A stretch of DNA of 33,834 bases, taken from Trichosphaerium sp. ATCC 40318. Taxonomy: Eukaryota; Protista; Tubulinea. Each line of letters starts with the position of its first letter. Position 1 is the first letter of the stretch. The stretch spans positions 1-33,834 of the forward strand of contig JALMLS010000238.1 in assembly GCA_038496445.1 (NCBI GenBank), read 5' to 3'. Below the pieces are notes generated by a model. That model was not told where the DNA came from. It saw only the letters and a program-made list of their open reading frames with translations, and did not search any database. Made by a program: the position numbers and the translations under genes. Positions 32,015-33,834 of the stretch are shown here, piece by piece.

Positions 32015-33581
32015 TCAGAACTCCATATCCATCATATCATCACTATCTTCTCCATTGTGAAGTTGGAGGTACATCCGTAAAAGATTAGGTATATTTTCTT
32101 CACCATTTTGTATACAACGCGCAATAAAATTACGAATAATCTCTGAGTAAAAGAGTAAGAACAAAAAACATCAGAAATTTAAAGCAGTTTTTTTTGCATT
32201 TCTTGGTCCATTTACCTTCATCATGCTGAGGAGGTTGGTTATCCATTTGATTATCGCCTGCGCCTTCTATTACTATAGAACATATTTGTTAGAACCATTC
32301 ATGGACGTAAAAGTATCACTTTAAAAAAACTAGTAATTTTTTCAAGCATACCTTGATTACATCGCATAGCCTCACACCATTGATCAGCCACACCAACGCC
32401 AAGTTCTGTATCATGACTTTCCATATCTTTAGGTGTTATACCCTCTGGCTTTAATGGCATATTCCACGAAGTGAATATAACCTGAAACAAAAAAAAATTA
32501 AAAAACCAATTTCACCTCAAAGACACAAGTACTGCACGTGACTGCTTTCCCTGTACTGGATATCCTCATAACAACGTACCCAACAACTTTGTAACATAAA
32601 TCCCCAATTATCTTTATGGCGGCTAACTACATAAGCCGGGAAATGTCCAATCTGTATAAACGACCCTACATACAAGTAAGTCATTACTCATTTTTTCCTC
32701 TCTCAACGAGTTCATTGAAATCCCCTGGTTTAGTACTAAAACAACAAAAAAGAGAAAAAGTGACTTGACGTCTAAATTAATCAAAGCTACTTGACACGTC
32801 TTTCGTAATTAAAAAAAACGGGATCAGTGCGTAATTTAGGTTATAACTCTTATAATATAACTTTTGTAGACCACCATAAAGTAAATGAAGCCATTACAGA
32901 GGTGTCATACCTTTAGGTCCTTTTTTCCCAGCTGTAGATTTAACAAAACGCCATTTGAAACTAGCCCAAGCTTCTCTCTTTAGTGGTTCATTATCTAGCC
33001 TCTCTAAATCTCCATTTGGGGCATAGCGGACAATAAGCGGAGCTCTTCCACTCCACCAAGGGTCTAGTTCTGTCCAACCAGAACCTATAATCAAGTAAAC
33101 GCCAGAAGGCAACACGAGGGATCAAACAAAAGCAAGAAAATCTATTTAAATTTCCATTCGGTTTTTTTTTTGTAGACTAGAACACGCGTTGCAATTGAAC
33201 GCTTTGCTTGCAAGTAACGGTTCATAGCAATTAATTAACGAAAGTAAAGTTGTGACACCGCTAGCTTACTTCAAACGGACTAACCGTACCCGCTGTTGCT
33301 TTGTATCTGAAATTCCAGTGGAATTTTGTAAGCTCTTCCATTGTTAGAGACGTTCTGTGCGCGTCTTGAATAGAGAATATGAGAGCTTCCTTTGGTGATC
33401 TCTTACGCATTTCTATCGCCTTCTGAGGTACGTATACTTTACTACGCCATACGTCATAGCATAAGGAGTCCCATAGAAGGGGATGATCGGCTATTCCCGT
33501 CCATCTTTTGCAAACTGATCTACAGGCTTGCAAGTCCGGTATATGGAGAAATCGGAACACAGCAAAGAGCGAATCGTCCAT
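32015..33581 (-). CDS. F-box protein, not of the LRR type, multi-exon; the 5' end may extend upstream beyond 33581
   Basis: F-box DDSLFAVFRFLHIPDLQACRSVCKRW...LW. Then WNFRYKATAG-SGWTELDPWW, WRFV, HFPAYVVSRHKDNWGFMLQSCW-VIFTSW and an acidic tail DDMMDMEF*. Confidence 0.85.
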
Positions 33582-33834
33582 TACTGTGCGTATTAGAAAG
33601 TGCTTGTCGAAAAAATAAACTACGGTTACCTAGCGCCTCAAATCAGTGCCTGGGTGCGCATAAACTGGTTTATACGTACTTGGTAGGATAAATTTAACAA
33701 AACAATGGTTCCAAGTGCGTCCAAGTACGGTGACGATTGTACTTGCGCGTCCGAACGAGTTTTGAAGGGTGTTGCGTTGTTTTTCTAACAACAGTTAAGG
33801 TATGAAAATTGCGGAATAAATATTTGATCCGCAC

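Overview
AT-rich, intron-dense eukaryotic DNA with the standard code, short introns and frequent GTACGT/GTATGT donors. The gene content suggests a free-living protist, possibly an amoebozoan (inference). Bases 1-3.7 kb are a transposon-like zone: TATACC/GGTATA subterminal arrays, two TA-flanked ends, an ORF cut by one of them, and a ~1 kb TIR element carrying CCCTAA repeats. Then follow a MORN-variant gene, a membrane C-type lectin, a possible TA-flanked MITE, WDR11 head-to-head with ZNF593/BUD20, a secreted Cys-repeat protein, an RCC1+SAM-like gene, an LRR pseudogene, a PA-domain 7TM protein, three SAM-F-box-LRR paralogs (-,+,-) and an unrelated F-box gene. The most notable structure is the SAM-F-box-LRR trio: variation is concentrated in short LRR segments, copy 3 is a patchwork of copies 1 and 2, and a ~120 bp upstream module is shared between copy 2 and the RCC1-SAM gene. 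CACGTG is also strongly over-represented. All gene models were spliced by eye and no searches were run.
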